From: Tubiluchus corallicola
Taxonomy: Eukaryota; Animalia; Priapulida
DNA length: 64,000 nucleotides
Reading direction: 5' to 3'
Assembly (NCBI GenBank): GCA_030141605.1
Contig: JAQGDQ010000273.1
Span: forward strand, 247,135-311,134
Shown: positions 39,534-53,329 of the stretch, in pieces
Position numbering within the stretch: the stretch's first letter is position 1
Layout of the letters: every line of letters starts with the position of its first letter
Notes under the pieces: model-generated
Told to the model about the DNA's origin: nothing
Database searches by the model: none
The model's input: the letters and a program-made list of their open reading frames with translations, nothing else
Made by a program: the position numbers and the translations under genes

Positions 39534-40224
39534 CAATGGGGCCTATTATGAATTTGCTGCAAGGCTAAGCAGCAGTATTTGCATGTAAATTTGCGGTCTA
39601 ATTGAAGGTAGACACAAATATGTACGCAGATACAGCTGTTTAGTTCTGTATCAACAACAAAGGATTTAACAATGCCGATTACGATTCAGCTTTATACAGC
39701 ATTAAAAAAATGTTAATTAAAATTCAGAATGAAAATTTGTGAAGAGTTTAACATTTGGCATAAAGATTACCAAGTATTTTTCAAAATAGGTCAAAATCCT
39801 TGTACACAATTTGTGCACAGAAGGCGTTTTTCAGGTATTTTTACGAACCTTTAAATTTGTTTAAATCGTTATGCATTCTATAATCTACATTCTTCATGCA
39901 ACTTATTTGACAGTTTAGCAAACTTGATGAGATAAGAATGGTAACAAAATTTGATTGCTGAAAATCTAGGCACTTCTAAACATGTGCTTTCTCGTGTGTA
40001 ACATTGAGACTTAATCGAGAATGTTTATCCAGACGGCAGGGTTCAGTTTTGTATGAATGTTTAGATACTTCAACTGCGAGTAGATTCAGACGATCACTGA
40101 TCAAAGTTTGTGTGCCAGACTGTTGAATAAATTGCATGTGTTCTGTTCTTTAAGAAGACAGCTGATCATTAAAGATAATTTACAATGCTGTTGAATAAGA
40201 CCCCCCTACTTTGCCAAGCTTGAG

Positions 40225-40404
40225 TAGCTGGTGGTGATCACGTGACCGGCGTGCCGGGTGGGCACGAGGCGTGACTGCTGATACGGGGAATTCTCCGTTC
40301 TCTGCAGTGCGTGGTGCTGTTGACCTGTTGTGCGATTTACGCTGCTAGATAAGTGGAATCCGCCAAGGGAGGGAGAAGAAGAGATTCAGTCCATGATGGT
40401 AAGT
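40225..40404 (+). promoter_or_regulatory. GC/CpG-rich putative promoter and first exon of a plus-strand transcript
   Basis: Local CpG-rich patch with E-box gatcacgtgacc (~40236-40247), ending in atgatg|gtaagt (donor at 40399). Confidence 0.45.
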
Positions 40405-40692
40405 TGCCTTCCTTGCAATTATTGTGAAATTTCTATTACAGTTTCTTAAAAACATTGAGAGCATTAGCTTTTTAACTTGTTAATGCAAAATTTTTAGTAA
40501 AGTTGTGTTGTTTACAAAGGTGTTTACGCCACAAAGTTGTTTACAAGACAACTTTACTAAAAATTTTGCATTAAAAAGTTAAAATCATGATTTCTGGTAA
40601 ATTTACAATGATTTCTGGTAAATTTACAAACATACAACCAGTTTATTGGGGCAGAGTTAAGTATGCTAGTATGCTTTAATTAAGTACTTAAT

Positions 40693-42490
40693 GAAAGCCA
40701 AATAGGTAATGAACAAGCAAGCCAGTGAAGAAATTAATACAGGTCACTAAGCATTAATTATGCATTTATAAAAGTCAAATAGGTAATGAATAAGCAGACC
40801 AGTGAAGAAATTAATACAGGTCACTAAGCATTAATTATGTATTTATAAAAGTCAAATAGGTGATAAGCAGACCAGTGAAGAAATTAATACAGGTCATTAC
40901 GCATTAATTATGTATTTATAAAAGTCAAATAGGTAATGAATAAGCAGACCAGTGAAGAAATTAATACAGGTCATTACGCATTAATTATGTATTTATAAAA
41001 GTCAAATAGGTAATGAATAAGCAGACCAGTGAAGAAATTAATACAGTTCATTACGCATTAATTATGTATTTATAAAAGTCAAATAGGTAATGAATAAGCA
41101 GACCAGTGAAGAAATTAATACAGGTCATTACGCATTAATTATGTATTTATAAAAGTCAAATAGTTAATGAATAAGCAGACCAGTGAAGAAATTAATACAG
41201 GTCATTACGCATTAATTATGTATTTATAAAAGTCAAATAGGTAATGAATAAGCAGACCAGTGAAGAAATTAATACAGTTCATTACGCATTAATTATGTAT
41301 TTATAAAAGTCAAATAGGTAATGAATAAGCAGACCAGTGAAGAAATTAATACAGGTCATTACGCATTAATTATGTATTTATAAAAGTCAAATAGGTAATG
41401 AATAAGCAGACCAGTGAAGAAATTAATACAGTTCATTACGCATTAATTATGTATTTATAAAAGTCAAATAGGTAATGAATAAGCAGACCAGTGAAGAAAT
41501 TAATACAGGTCATTACGCATTAATTATGTATTTATAAAAGTCAAATAGGTAATGAATAAGCAGACCAGTGAAGAAATTAAGACAGTTCATTAAGCATTAA
41601 TTATGTATTTATATAAGTCAAATAGGTAATGAATAAACAGGCCAGTGCGGAAATTAAGACAGTTCATTAAGCATTAATTATGTATTTACAAAAGTCAAAT
41701 AGATGATAAGCAGACCAGTGAGGAAATTGAGATAGTACCTTAACCCTTATAGGGTCACCGGGGGGGGGGGGGAGGGGGTAGAAAATTACCCCTAGTTAGG
41801 TTTTTTGCATTTTACCCGTTTACCTTGCGCAGCCCAGTAAACCTTTTCTATGACTTTTCTGTATATGTTTTGTGCACGTAATATTTTCAGTTATTTTTTT
41901 TTAAATTGTCGAAACTTTACCTCGCTTGACTATACATTATACAGGCGATGTATCTGACAAAACAAAATGTCAGACGTCCGTATGCTGACGTAGAACTAGT
42001 CTACTCACAACTACAAAGAAGAAAGTAGTAGACAATAAGTTCAAAATAACAATGATTTTTGCACACGCGCGAGCAATGTCGGTTGTCTACACTTATTCCA
42101 GCATAGATAAGGGAATTAACTAAGTGAATTTAAATTTCGTATTACTAGTAAGTCACGTGTCCTTAAACAGAGGTATAATGTATCCTACGGTGGTCAGCAT
42201 AACCACAAATTATGCTGTTGCTGTTTACTAATGAAACACGGCGGTTTATCAAAAGTAATTTACGAATTACGACGAGGGTTATTTTTTACCCAAATTACCA
42301 AAATCGGTTGTAAAAAATCGTTACCCTATAAGGTATAAGCACTGATTGTGTATTTTCAAAAGCCAAATAGGCAATGAACAAACAGACCAGTGAAGAAATT
42401 GAGACAGCACCTTAGGCTCTAATTATGTATTTACAAAAGCTAAATAGGCAATGATTAAGCAGACCAGTGAAGAAATTGATACAGTAACAA
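40693..42490. repeat. 77-bp AT-rich minisatellite, ~13 copies plus ~2 diverged copies beyond an inserted MITE
   Basis: Unit aaagtcaaataggtaatgaataagcagaccagtgaagaaattaatacaggtcattacgcattaattatgtatttata starts at 40921, 40998, 41075 and so on. Confidence 0.95.
41720..42338 (+). mobile_element. piggyBac-like MITE, copy 1 (inserted in the 77-bp array)
   Basis: ttaa-cccttatagggt ... accctataagg termini; homologous to ~43938-44554 in the opposite orientation. Confidence 0.75.
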
Positions 42491-43937
42491 ATATCTAAGT
42501 TTAGAAAATAAAGCTAAAGGAACAGCTTTGTGCATTATGGGAAGGGTTATCAGGGTATATAGATAAACTCACTTTTATTAATAAGTCCCTGCAGCAGCCT
42601 ATCAAAATCTTTTGTATGAATTTAGCTTTCATGTAAAAGCTTTAATAAAGTTGTGTTGTTTTGAGCCACTACGAAATTGCTGTGAGGTGACCTAGTAATC
42701 TCAATAAAACGTGACTATGCTCAACAGGTTACTGAACACTTTGTAATCATGATCAGTTTTTCTTAGCTCTCGCTCCATTTCATCTTTCATTCACTATTCC
42801 CCCCACTTTTATGTATATAATATTATTATTTCAATTATTAATCACTTCTTTAAGATTTCCACGTACAATTTGGCCTGTCAAACTGTATGCATCAAAATTA
42901 CTCTCTAATGTAATTTGCACATGTATATGCTGCAAAAGAATCTCTTTTGTAATTTCAGGATAATATTGCATATATATTTATATTTGCTTCAGTGAAATTA
43001 TCTGTATTTTTATTATAATTGTCAGATGCAGAGTAGAAATAAATAAATTTAACTTAACTTAACTAGTTCATCTCTTATCATTCTTTCTCATGGTTTTGCG
43101 CAAGACGTCTTACTGGAAGGCAAGCGGAGGCGCAAGCTGGAGAGCTTTCAGATGGGAAGCCTGATGTATCACTCATTTGGCAGCTGCAACTGACAGCTAT
43201 CATAAACTTCTACAAATTGGCCGCAGATCACTTTATCTGTCAATTTAATGATTCTCTATCAAATTTAACACTTTGAAAACCAGCAGTTTTAACTGTCTGT
43301 CTCCTTTTTTTTTGTAAATACTTTTTAGTTCATGTCGCTTTGGAACTTATGCTCATGGTAGCCAGTGGCGTAGCTATTAGGGGATAACAGGGAGAGCAAG
43401 CCGCTCCCCCTAGCAGATTTTTTTCCAAACTGACGGCTTTTCAACAATATTTTTAGTCTTTATCATCATCATACGCCCGTCACGTCTATTGTAGACATTG
43501 GGCAGGCAGAATTTTAAAATAAAAGAAATCTGCCTTCAGACAGGTAAACGCAGCAGTAATCCAGCAAAAAACTAGACACTGCTACGCCAGTGACTTGTCA
43601 GCACCACTTCCATTAACTTTAGTCTTTAGTTCACTTGTGAATATTTTTTTAATGGTATGGCGTTGGATTGAACCAAAGATCAAATTGCACAAAATCTAAT
43701 AATATAATTGCACTGTTGTCACACGATTGGTCCAGTAGTAGGCCTGCTGTCAATTATATAAAAGTAATGAATATGCCTGTTATTTGCATGTACAGATGAA
43801 ATTGCATCTTTCTCGTGTTTTCATTCTAAACACACAACTAAAATGTATAATCAGTGCGTTAATCACATAGCTTTTTTGTGCGCTTGCACCTAAATTTGCG
43901 CCTAAATTTAGAGACTGGCTATGCTGTAGCCTTTTCC

Positions 43938-44554
43938 TTAACTCCTTAGAGCGTGACGATTTTTTACAACCGATTTTGGTACCGGGGGAGGGGTAAAAAA
44001 TTACCCCCACCATAATTCGTAAATTACTTTTGCTAAACTGCCGTGTTTCATTAGTAAACAGCAATAGCATAATTTGTGCTTATGCTGACCACCATAGGAT
44101 ACATTATACCTCTGCTTAAAGACATGTGACTTACTAGTAATACGAAATTTAAATTCACTTAGTTACGTTCCCTTGTCTATGCTGGAATAACTGTAGACAG
44201 GGACATTGCTCGCGCGTGTGCAAAAATCATTGTTATTTTGAATTTATTGTCTACTACTTTCTTCTTATTCACATATTCTTGCATTGCTTGCCCGTTTGCC
44301 ACATCTGAAGATGATGAGGTAGACAAGCGAAGTAAAGTTTCGGCAATTTAAAAAAATCTACATATTGCATTTTCACTTTTATTTCGTGGTGAGACAATGC
44401 ACCTAAAGTAAATAACTGAAAGTATTTTGTGCACAAAACATATTTAGAAAAAGTCATAGAAAAGGTTTACTGGGATGCATATGGTAAAAGGGTAAAATGC
44501 AAAAAACCGGTCTGGGGGGAATTGTTTACCCCCTGGTGAGCCTATAAGGGTTAA
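43938..44554 (-). mobile_element. piggyBac-like MITE, copy 2 (inverted relative to copy 1)
   Basis: Ends in cctataaggg-ttaa; internal sequence is a diverged reverse complement of 41720-42330. Confidence 0.75.
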
Positions 44555-45511
44555 TTTAATTAGTTTTTTAGCATTTCGGTCTTTCCGCTGTTGCGTTGCG
44601 GTGGAGAAATATTTGATTAGAAAACAGTTGCAGTACATTAGATGACATAATCAGTATCCTGTATAAAATGTCAGTGAAAATAATTCAACACTGACTAGCG
44701 AACAGACTTCCCTACAAAATGTCATTCAGAGTAACCGTTGAATAACATTTTGAATATGCGCGCGCATTTAACACTAATCTACTGTCATGGCAGAGTCTGC
44801 GGATAATTGCTCAGAATTTCTATTTTGTGAAATTATTAGGTCTTTGGCAACTCGCATAACTTAACAAGAGTATAATTATAGAGAAATAGGTACCGGTACT
44901 TCCCTGTATTGGCAGGGTCCGCATTTCCATTGGCTATTGAGCTGTACTGACGACTAAATAACAATGCATAAGTAAGTCTAGTTTCTGATGCTGACATATT
45001 AATACATTTCGTTACCTGCGCCTTCAATTACACATGACCAGAAACGTATCTTGTGGAAATTCATAACTAGAGCGAGCAACAGAGATTTTTACTAAACACA
45101 ACCTACTTGTGCATTGACACACGTTGAATTAGTCTAAATCTGATCAGCATGCCAGTCATTGAGAAAAGTAGACAAGGCCCTCTTTGCAAACAGCCGGTCA
45201 GTAATGGTGCCAAACTAAACAGCCAAAGAGGATAAAAACTTACTATACGGTCAGCTAATCTGCTAATCAGCTAATCAGCTAATCTGCTGTAATGACTCCC
45301 CTTTCTTGCTGATCACATACTTCACAGAATAAAGCCTTCTTTGTTTACCCAAGTGTTTTACTAATGACTTCTGTCTGTCTGCACACTAATGGTTATTGTA
45401 CAGAAGTTTGGCGTCTTTATTCGGCCATTGGACTTGAATTCTGCTACTTTCAAACACAGACGTTGCATAGAAAAACTCCGGTGTGAGTTGTCTTCCTTAC
45501 TAAAGGTTACA

Positions 45512-45976
45512 TTAACCCTTTCAGTCCCAAATTATTTTTTTAATAAGAAAAAATTTTTTGGCTTGGTACTTCTGTTCAGTATGTCCATCTTGTTTACACA
45601 TAATAATTATTTTTTTCTACCTGTGCTTGCGTGCTAAATATAGCCTGTATCCCACGGGATACATTGGGATTCAATGGAAGCATAAAATGTGCTTCATTTT
45701 GCAATTGCTGATAATTTTTTAAAGTATTTAAGACATTTAGTATGCACGCTATGCTGATCTGTACAAAGTCATCTCTAAAGTACCGTACATTGCGCCGTTT
45801 TTTTATGCTATGTAGATTTTCTAGTTTGCCATTTTATCACCATTTTAGTCTATTATTATTGACTTAAATCAAAATAACTATTAGATCAAATAAATGTCAG
45901 TTTTAAAATTTTATTAATTTTAAAGGCAGAAAATATTCTCGTATCCCATGGGATACAACGGGTATGAAAGGGTTAA
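45512..45976. mobile_element. piggyBac-like MITE (second family)
   Basis: TTAA-CCCTTTCA ... TGAAAGGG-TTAA; internal palindromes tgtatcccacgggataca (~45647) and gtatcccatgggatac (~45941). Confidence 0.85.
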
Positions 45977-46594
45977 TAACAGGTTCGACCCAAATTAATT
46001 CTATATCGCAGTTTTTTGAAATGTCTGGTATTTAGTGTTAGAAGCAATGTCAGCAAATTTGTTGTAAACTGGCATAAATAACTCTGAGAATGTTTACACA
46101 TCCTGTCTGATTTTGAATTTCAACAATTTCCTGTGTGTGAAAAACAACAATTTTCGGTGACGTTTTTATAGGTGTTTAAGTTTTTATTGTCTGCTGAGAA
46201 AATTTAATCAGCTAATTGCTATTCATATTGTAAACAGTCATTGTTTTTGCTGAATCAAACATGATTGTTTACACTGACTTGAGTTCGGTAACTCACCTTG
46301 TTCAAAACTAAACAGTTTTTCAGTGACCTCAACCTGGCACCTGGCAGTTTAGCATTTTTATCTTATTACGACTTCAACACGGTGGGTTGGCATCACTATC
46401 CTCTTATATTTACCCTGTTGTGTTTGATATTTAATAAATGTGTAGTTTCTTAAATAAAGTCTTGATAGTTCGCCATGCCCATCGTGGCTACCTCACACAC
46501 CACACAATAAACAACAATAATCAGCAAGCAGCTTTAACCACTATAATAAACAGACTTTAACGCCACCACTATACCAATTATTTTACTCTTATAA

Positions 46595-47703
46595 TGCGGC
46601 GAGTTACAAAAATGCATGGTACAAATGGACACAAATTAAACAACTGTGTTTTAAATACAGAGGAATGAGAATGGCAACTATTATACAACTGTTTAAAACA
46701 TTTGTACTACCTGTTATACTATACAGTGCCAGTGTTTGGTTAGCTAAAAACATTCATTATTTGATGACTTGCATTATGATGTCCTCAGAACTGCAACGGG
46801 TTCATCCTTTAAACCTTGCAGGGTATTGTTAGAAATTTTATGTGGTTTGCTTCCTTTAGAAATCGAAATGAAAGCTCATAATGTAAGATTCCTAAGTAAA
46901 ATATTGCAGAGTGGTGATGGTGATCTGGTTAAGAAAGAACTTTTGTATGTATTTAATACTAACTTTTATCTGTCATGTAACCACTTTGTAAAATATTATG
47001 CTAGAGATTTAAGGCAATTATTAGCTACTACTAGAGATGCAGGGTGAATTAACAACGAAGAACTTTCTGTAGATAATTAGTCTGTAACAAAATCTGATCT
47101 GGATAAATTCAAGCAAACTCTTTGGCACAGACAATTCAATACTTATACTTTGTTAGAAAACAGAAATGAATGGTTTGGCATAATCCCACAGCTCAAGCCC
47201 TTTAATTTACCAATTTCACCTACAAATAGAGAGTTGGAATCCATTGCTCTAAGTATTATTCATGGACAAGGATTTTTTAAACATTTTTTATTCCGATTAG
47301 GACTCATACCTGACAATTCTTGTTTATGTGGTCTTTCTCAAACTTGCGAACATCTACTTTTCGACTGCCCTTTCGTAGGCTCACAAAAGCGCATGTTTTT
47401 TTAAGAATAACATTAACACCACTAATATTCCTGTGTTAATTCAAAAGCAAAATGATAGCAGCACTTTGAGATCATTTGTTGAAGTAATTAAGGATGACTT
47501 CATTAGACAGCAAAAGTCAGGAGAATTATGCTACGTGTTACTAAACTAGCGGTTGTACTATTGATATCTTTGTAATTTTAATTAGTAATTTACACTGTGC
47601 CTAGAATTACCTTACTTTATTATTTTATTAGAAAATTTGTAAAATTTATACTTATGCTAATTTTGTACCTGCAAATAGAGGTTTTATTAATAAAGATTTT
47701 AAA
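46595..47703 (+). mobile_element. 5'-truncated non-LTR retrotransposon (I/R1-like supergroup) with C-terminal CCHC knuckle
   Basis: LFKTFVLPVILYSASVW..., LRTATG...LEILCGLLPLEI..., HGQGFFKHFLFRLGLIPDNSCLCGLSQTCEHLLFDCP; then AATAAA directly before a (CT)n tract. Confidence 0.8.
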
Positions 47704-47707
47704 TCTC

Positions 47708-47787
<80 letters not shown>

Positions 47788-47790
47788 ACT
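47704..47790. repeat. (CT)n microsatellite
   Basis: Directly visible. Confidence 0.95.
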
Positions 47791-49443
47791 CCTAAGGTGA
47801 GTACATTTTTGTATCGTGCACTTCAGTTTCCCACATAAATAGACACTTGCGGGAGCTTGCGTCATGTGAGAATTTGTGTCATGTGAGTCATATGGTGTTT
47901 GTTCAGTTAGTCTGTCAGTTGGTTGGTCATCTCAGTTGCTGAGTTTGGAAAGAAAACACAAACTCTACTCATTTTTGGCCCTTCTATGCTGTGCATATCA
48001 TTATGTATTCTACCTTTTGTTCAAATGTGGAAGTAGAATTGTCCACGTAGTCAGTTATATCGCATGGTGACTTCGTTCATGAGGTCTGAAACTATTGGAC
48101 AACTGGGTGGGCAGATGTTTTTGGTGGTAGAGATTTCCACAAAGTTTGGTGACAATTAAGACGTTGTCTCATTGCTGTAATCGTATCGTTGGGAAGTGCT
48201 ATTGGCGTACCGACAAACCATTGAGAGGCGGATCCATGTTTGAGGTGACGAGGCACCCCCCCCCCCCCCAGTACGGTAACAACCCAGAGACTGTAAGTTG
48301 CACGATTTAGTATTTGCTTATCTGATGTTAGCAGTTGCGTGGAAGCTGGACTTAACCTCTTTGCTGTTCAGGAAATTGGGCTAGTGATAGTAATAGACGC
48401 TGAGCTACAACCTTATTGCAGAGGCGCCCTACGTTAGACTTAGTTGGCCTACTCAACCTTGATTGTGTATTCTCGAGGTTGAGAATAATGCCGGTTGGTC
48501 ATCCTAGCGAGGACTAGATCATATGGGCTGGTGGCGTGTAGTTAGGCAAGTAGGTATTTGACCTCCTTTTAGTTAGGTTTAGCTGTTGTGCATTATTGGC
48601 CAGTTTATTTGTTAGTTTATCGACCTGATACTGTAAGTAGATGGTGTAAGTCTACTGTAAGTAGATACTGTAATATTTAGCCTATTCAAACGTAGTTAAA
48701 TTAGTGTTTGACTAATGATAGTTTTTTTACATGCATTTTTTGTTTGTTTGCTTAATAATTATTTCTACAATATTTATGCAATTGATTGTTTGTGCATTAG
48801 TTGCCTATGCATCGTCGTTTGCATTATCACAATGAGAACAACAGATTACTCCTAGCAAGAAGAGACACACGTGACTATCTTTAAATAATAATTTAACTAT
48901 TACGTATTTCAAATTAATATTATGAGGACTTAGAGCCAGAGGAGGAAAAAATAATTTTTCGCTTGCAGCTAGCAAAAGTGGATAAACATGTCATGAAGGA
49001 AAGAGCTGAAAGCAAAAGTATGTTAAAATTCTTTAGGATTAGCATTCATTATTGCATAATATCAAAGATACAAAAGGTGTACCTTACCTCCATAACATAC
49101 ATTTGAGCTGCCATACTTAGTGAAGAATTTGTGCAGCGTGACGCAAATTATCTGTATATATATATATATATAAATGAGGCATTGTAATAGCCGGATTCAC
49201 TGTGAATTGCTCATTAGTATTTAATCTATATAGTATTTAAATAAATGAAATGCAATATCAACTTGAGTAGCATCAATGGAGATTATTAGTGAATTTAATT
49301 TACACGTAATAGAAAAACTTATTAGAAATAGCAGATTTAGCTCAACTACAAGTATTTCAACTTAAATGAAAGTAAGGAAATAGTAGTTATTTAAATTATA
49401 GTTAGTTTAGCAGAAATTTACACTACTTTAGCATGTCATAGAT

Positions 49444-49905
49444 CTACAAAGATGAATACTGAGATTTAGATTTTTGTTTATATTTACTGATAAGATGATC
49501 AATTAATTTGTTTTTAATTTCTTGGAGAATAGAGTTCCAGATATGGGGGCCTTGATATTTAAGAGAGCACTGGGATTTGTTTGTATTATATCTTACTACA
49601 CTCATACTGTTATTTGAGGCAAAACGATTTTGATATTTGTGTAAAGCAGAAGGTTCGCTCATGTATCCGTTAAGCAGTTGGGGCAGCTTTATCTTTAAAT
49701 TTAAAAACAAATTTGGCCAATTCTAGCTTATATATATCTGTTATTTTTAAATTTTTCAATTGATTATAGTAGAGAGTTGCATGGTCTCTGAGAACAGCAA
49801 AGCAAATAGCCTTAACAATTTTATTTTGATAAACAGTAAGATTTTGCAATGGAGTTTTTTTGGCAAATCCCCATGTAAGTATTCCATACACGTTATGAAG
49901 TGTGT
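49444..49905 (-). mobile_element. Degenerate CR1/L2 (Crack-like) LINE 3' fragment
   Basis: YGILTWGFAKKTPLQNLTVYQNKIVKAICF...HATLYYNQLKNLKITDIYKLELAKF..., SLKYQGPHIWNSI. Confidence 0.8.
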
Positions 49906-49912
49906 CTGTATG

Positions 49913-49914
<2 letters not shown>

Positions 49915-49955
<41 letters not shown>

Positions 49956-49988
49956 GCGTGTGCGTGTGCGTGTGCGTGTGCATGTGCG
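49915..49988. repeat. (TG)n / (TGCGTG)n microsatellite
   Basis: Directly visible. Confidence 0.95.
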
Positions 49989-50564
49989 TCTAGATTTACA
50001 ATGTAGTCATTATTTCATGTTATTTCATTTCATTTTAAGGAAATTAACTTAATAATGCATTTTAATGTAATGTTTTGTTTTGTTGTGTTGTGCTGTTCTG
50101 TGCTGTACTGGCATGGAATGCCATGCCATGTCATGTCATGTCATGTTATGAGAGAAGAAAATGTAAAACAACAGTAGAATGAGTAAAATTACTGAATTAA
50201 ACGACACGCCAGATGTCTACCCATCGTGCTCTATGCCGGTTGTCATTGCGGAACAGGTGCTGAGATGGAAGTCGCTAGTTATAGCTGCTATGCAATGCTG
50301 ATATGCAATGGCTTCGCAATAGATGAAACCATCACAATGCAGAGGGGGGGGGGCATTTCATCTTCGTAACATTATAATGGTAATTAATGTGATGTAGTTA
50401 TGAAACTTTATTAGTTATGATGATAGTGAATAATGCAGTTAACAGTAAAAATACATTTTTGCAAAACATTAGAAGTTAACAATAAGCTAATAATGGCTTA
50501 AAAAGAAAATGGAACAAAGAATTAGTGTGGTGTGTAGGCATTTGTTCTTATGTGATCCATACAA

Positions 50565-52196
50565 TTATGTAATCCACTTTTCAGTACATGCAAAGGATGC
50601 TTCAACATCATAGGGATAATCATCCCAACGATAACTGTAGCTCTTGCGAATTACTGCACAGTGCTGTTTTCCCTGATAATTATCAGGTTGAATACCATTC
50701 CAGTTATTAAATATGATGGGTTGACCGTTAGAAAACCACCTCCAGTCGCCTTCACTGTGTTGATCTGTTCCACCAATCCAGAGGTTGTTAATACCTATAA
50801 GGAATGTTTCCGGACGAGTAGTTATTCCTCATAAAAGTTATTACCTTCAAATACTAAAAGTTTTGCCATTGTGTTTATTTTACGTATACTTAGAACAATT
50901 TTTGTAGCGATGTGAACAGTGAGGGAATTGCATAGTACAAATTTATCATTACCCAGCAGACAGAAAATAAATGTTTTACCATTCATAGAGTCACAAGTTG
51001 ATTAGTGCATTTGTAGCTGGCATGTTGCCCAGCAATGTACGTGTGTGGAACCTGCTCAAGAATTTTTTTCACTCAACATTTTTGATACTTGCATTTAGTT
51101 CTAATTCTCTTATTTCCATTTACCATTAAATCGGGTTTTGAACCCCAATCCTAATATTTTGGTTCTCATCCTGATTATAAGAATCTAGCCCCTGTTATCT
51201 TTTCTGACTCCGATTCCGAGCAGCTGCACCCTACCCAAACTCTGATAATGTCTCGAAATTAAACACAGCTAATTTTGACTAGAATTATTCAAAAAAATTA
51301 ATATTAAACTGCCAAGTGACGCTATGGCACAGAAACTTTCACCAGAAATTTAACTTGAGATAAATCATAACCTGTAAAATGACTTCTGTTGTTAATCTGG
51401 CACATCAGTGTTGCCATGTGAATAATGACAACTTGACTTATTATATAAAAAGTAAAAACATTTAAAGGCTTCAAATACTTGCCTCGCGCTTTCATGTAGT
51501 TGACTACAAACTGATCTTCCTCAGTGGTTTCTATTTCAACCAAGTCACTAGCTGCATCTTTGCAATTTGTTACAACACTCTGCCAAAAAACTCCGACTTT
51601 GTGAAACAAGTAACAGTGTCCATTGTGGTATTCTCCTCCATTTTTGCAACATTTCTGATTCTGGAGGAAAAGTAAATTGCATTATGAAAGCAGCTGAAAG
51701 TGAGTAAACTCGTTTAGTGCACCTTTCAAAATGTCGACAGTCGTACTTGTAAAATCATATAAGTTGGTTGCAAGGGAGTGTGTAAATCAAATTATTGCTG
51801 CTATATATACATTCACTAGGAAATTTTTCATTTGCAATTACCACCTTTGTTGAACGTCAAATTCAATAAAAACTAGTCAAACCTTGCAAAAATTTTCGCA
51901 CATAAATCCACGAGGACAAACACCACATTACCCACATCACACCACCTACACTATGACAACCACATCTCACCACCCACACCTTGTCACACTCATCACACCA
52001 TCCACAGCACATTTACCACATCCATTACAACTTACCACTTCACAACAAGCCACCAAATCACATGGATATCATTATGATGATTATTATGACGATAACGACA
52101 ACACCTAGAACACTAACATCAACAGCATAACAGCCCAATAAAACCACTAAAATCATTTTGTATAACATTGAAACAGTGCGTTATTACAAATGCTGC

Positions 52197-52256
<60 letters not shown>

Positions 52257-52511
52257 CGTGCGTGCCTGCGTGAGTGTGTGTGTCTATGTGAGTGTGTGGG
52301 TGTGTGTATGTGTGAGTGTGCGTGTGTGTTGTAAATCTATATATTATATGTAAATGTATACATAAACCACCGAAATTCACGTAAACCAGTGCATTAAAGT
52401 CATTACCTCTGCAGCCTTACTGCTGATGTTTAAACCTCTTACAGGGCCTGCGATTACAGCACCGAGAGAAAGTGATATGAATAGTAAGCTGATCACAGAG
52501 ACCACATTCAT
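50565..52511 (-). CDS. Secreted single-domain C-type lectin (QPD/WDD type), copy A, 3 exons, 170 aa
   Basis: Exons 52511-52407 (signal peptide MNVVSVISLLFISLSLGAVIAGPVRGLNISSKAAE), 51660-51483 (NQKCCKNGGEYHNGHCYLFHKVGVFWQSVVTNCKDAASDLVEIETTEEDQFVVNYMKAR, GC donor) and 50794-50565 (GINNLWIGGTDQHSEGDWRWFSNGQPIIFNNWNGIQPDNYQGKQHCAVIRKSYSYRWDDYPYDVEASFACTEKWIT*). Phases 0 and 1 are consistent. Confidence 0.9.
52196..52330. repeat. (TG)n microsatellite in lectin intron 1
   Basis: Directly visible. Confidence 0.95.
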
Positions 52512-53099
52512 TGTGCAAGTAACAACTATTACCACAATAAACTATGAAAACCAGTCTTGTAAGTTTCTAAACCTAAGGAAAAATAGATGATTCGAAACGA
52601 GGCAGAAAAATAAATAATCCAAGTAGAGCGCTTCTGCACAAAAGTTTATGAAACTACTGACACACGTGCTTAATGTAAGGTCAATCCCCACGAGATCAAA
52701 TGAAGGTCATGTTCTAAAACGTATTGATGGATTAAGCAGTTGGAATGCTCTATTAACGTACAATTTAAGCCACTTATTGTCAGAACAATAGAACAATTTA
52801 ACTATTGTTATTTCATTCTGCATTCTTTGATGCATCGGTTTTCAATAAGCATTGTCTTAATTTTATAACTCGTGTTCTAAATGTTTGATTCTTATGATGT
52901 CATAACGTAAATTCAAATGCTGCACATGCGCGGGATTTCAAGCTTCATCAACATTGGTCGAATAGATGAATCTTGAAAGTCATTGCTCAACAGCTATTTC
53001 TGCTTAATCAAATGTAATTTTTGGGTTTATCAAACAGCAAATTATGATTTTCATTGCAATACACTCACTTTGTGTCTAACTATTTTTGCGAATCTAGCA

Positions 53100-53102
<3 letters not shown>

Positions 53103-53155
<53 letters not shown>

Positions 53156-53195
53156 TTCTCTCTCTTTCTCTCTCTCTTTCTCTCTCTCTCCTCTT

Positions 53196-53237
<42 letters not shown>
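53103..53237. repeat. (CT)n microsatellite
   Basis: Directly visible. Confidence 0.95.
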
Positions 53238-53241
<4 letters not shown>

Positions 53242-53329
53242 AGAACTCACCGAAAAACTGTAAAAGTAAACGCAGTTAGTGGCATCATGCGTTTTAGAAA
53301 GGTTAAGTTGAAGAGATTACTAAAATCTT

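Noticed and set aside
40693-41715. CRISPR-like regular array (also considered for 57662-58150)
   Set aside because: No unique spacers, no cas genes, eukaryotic context; these are tandem repeats.
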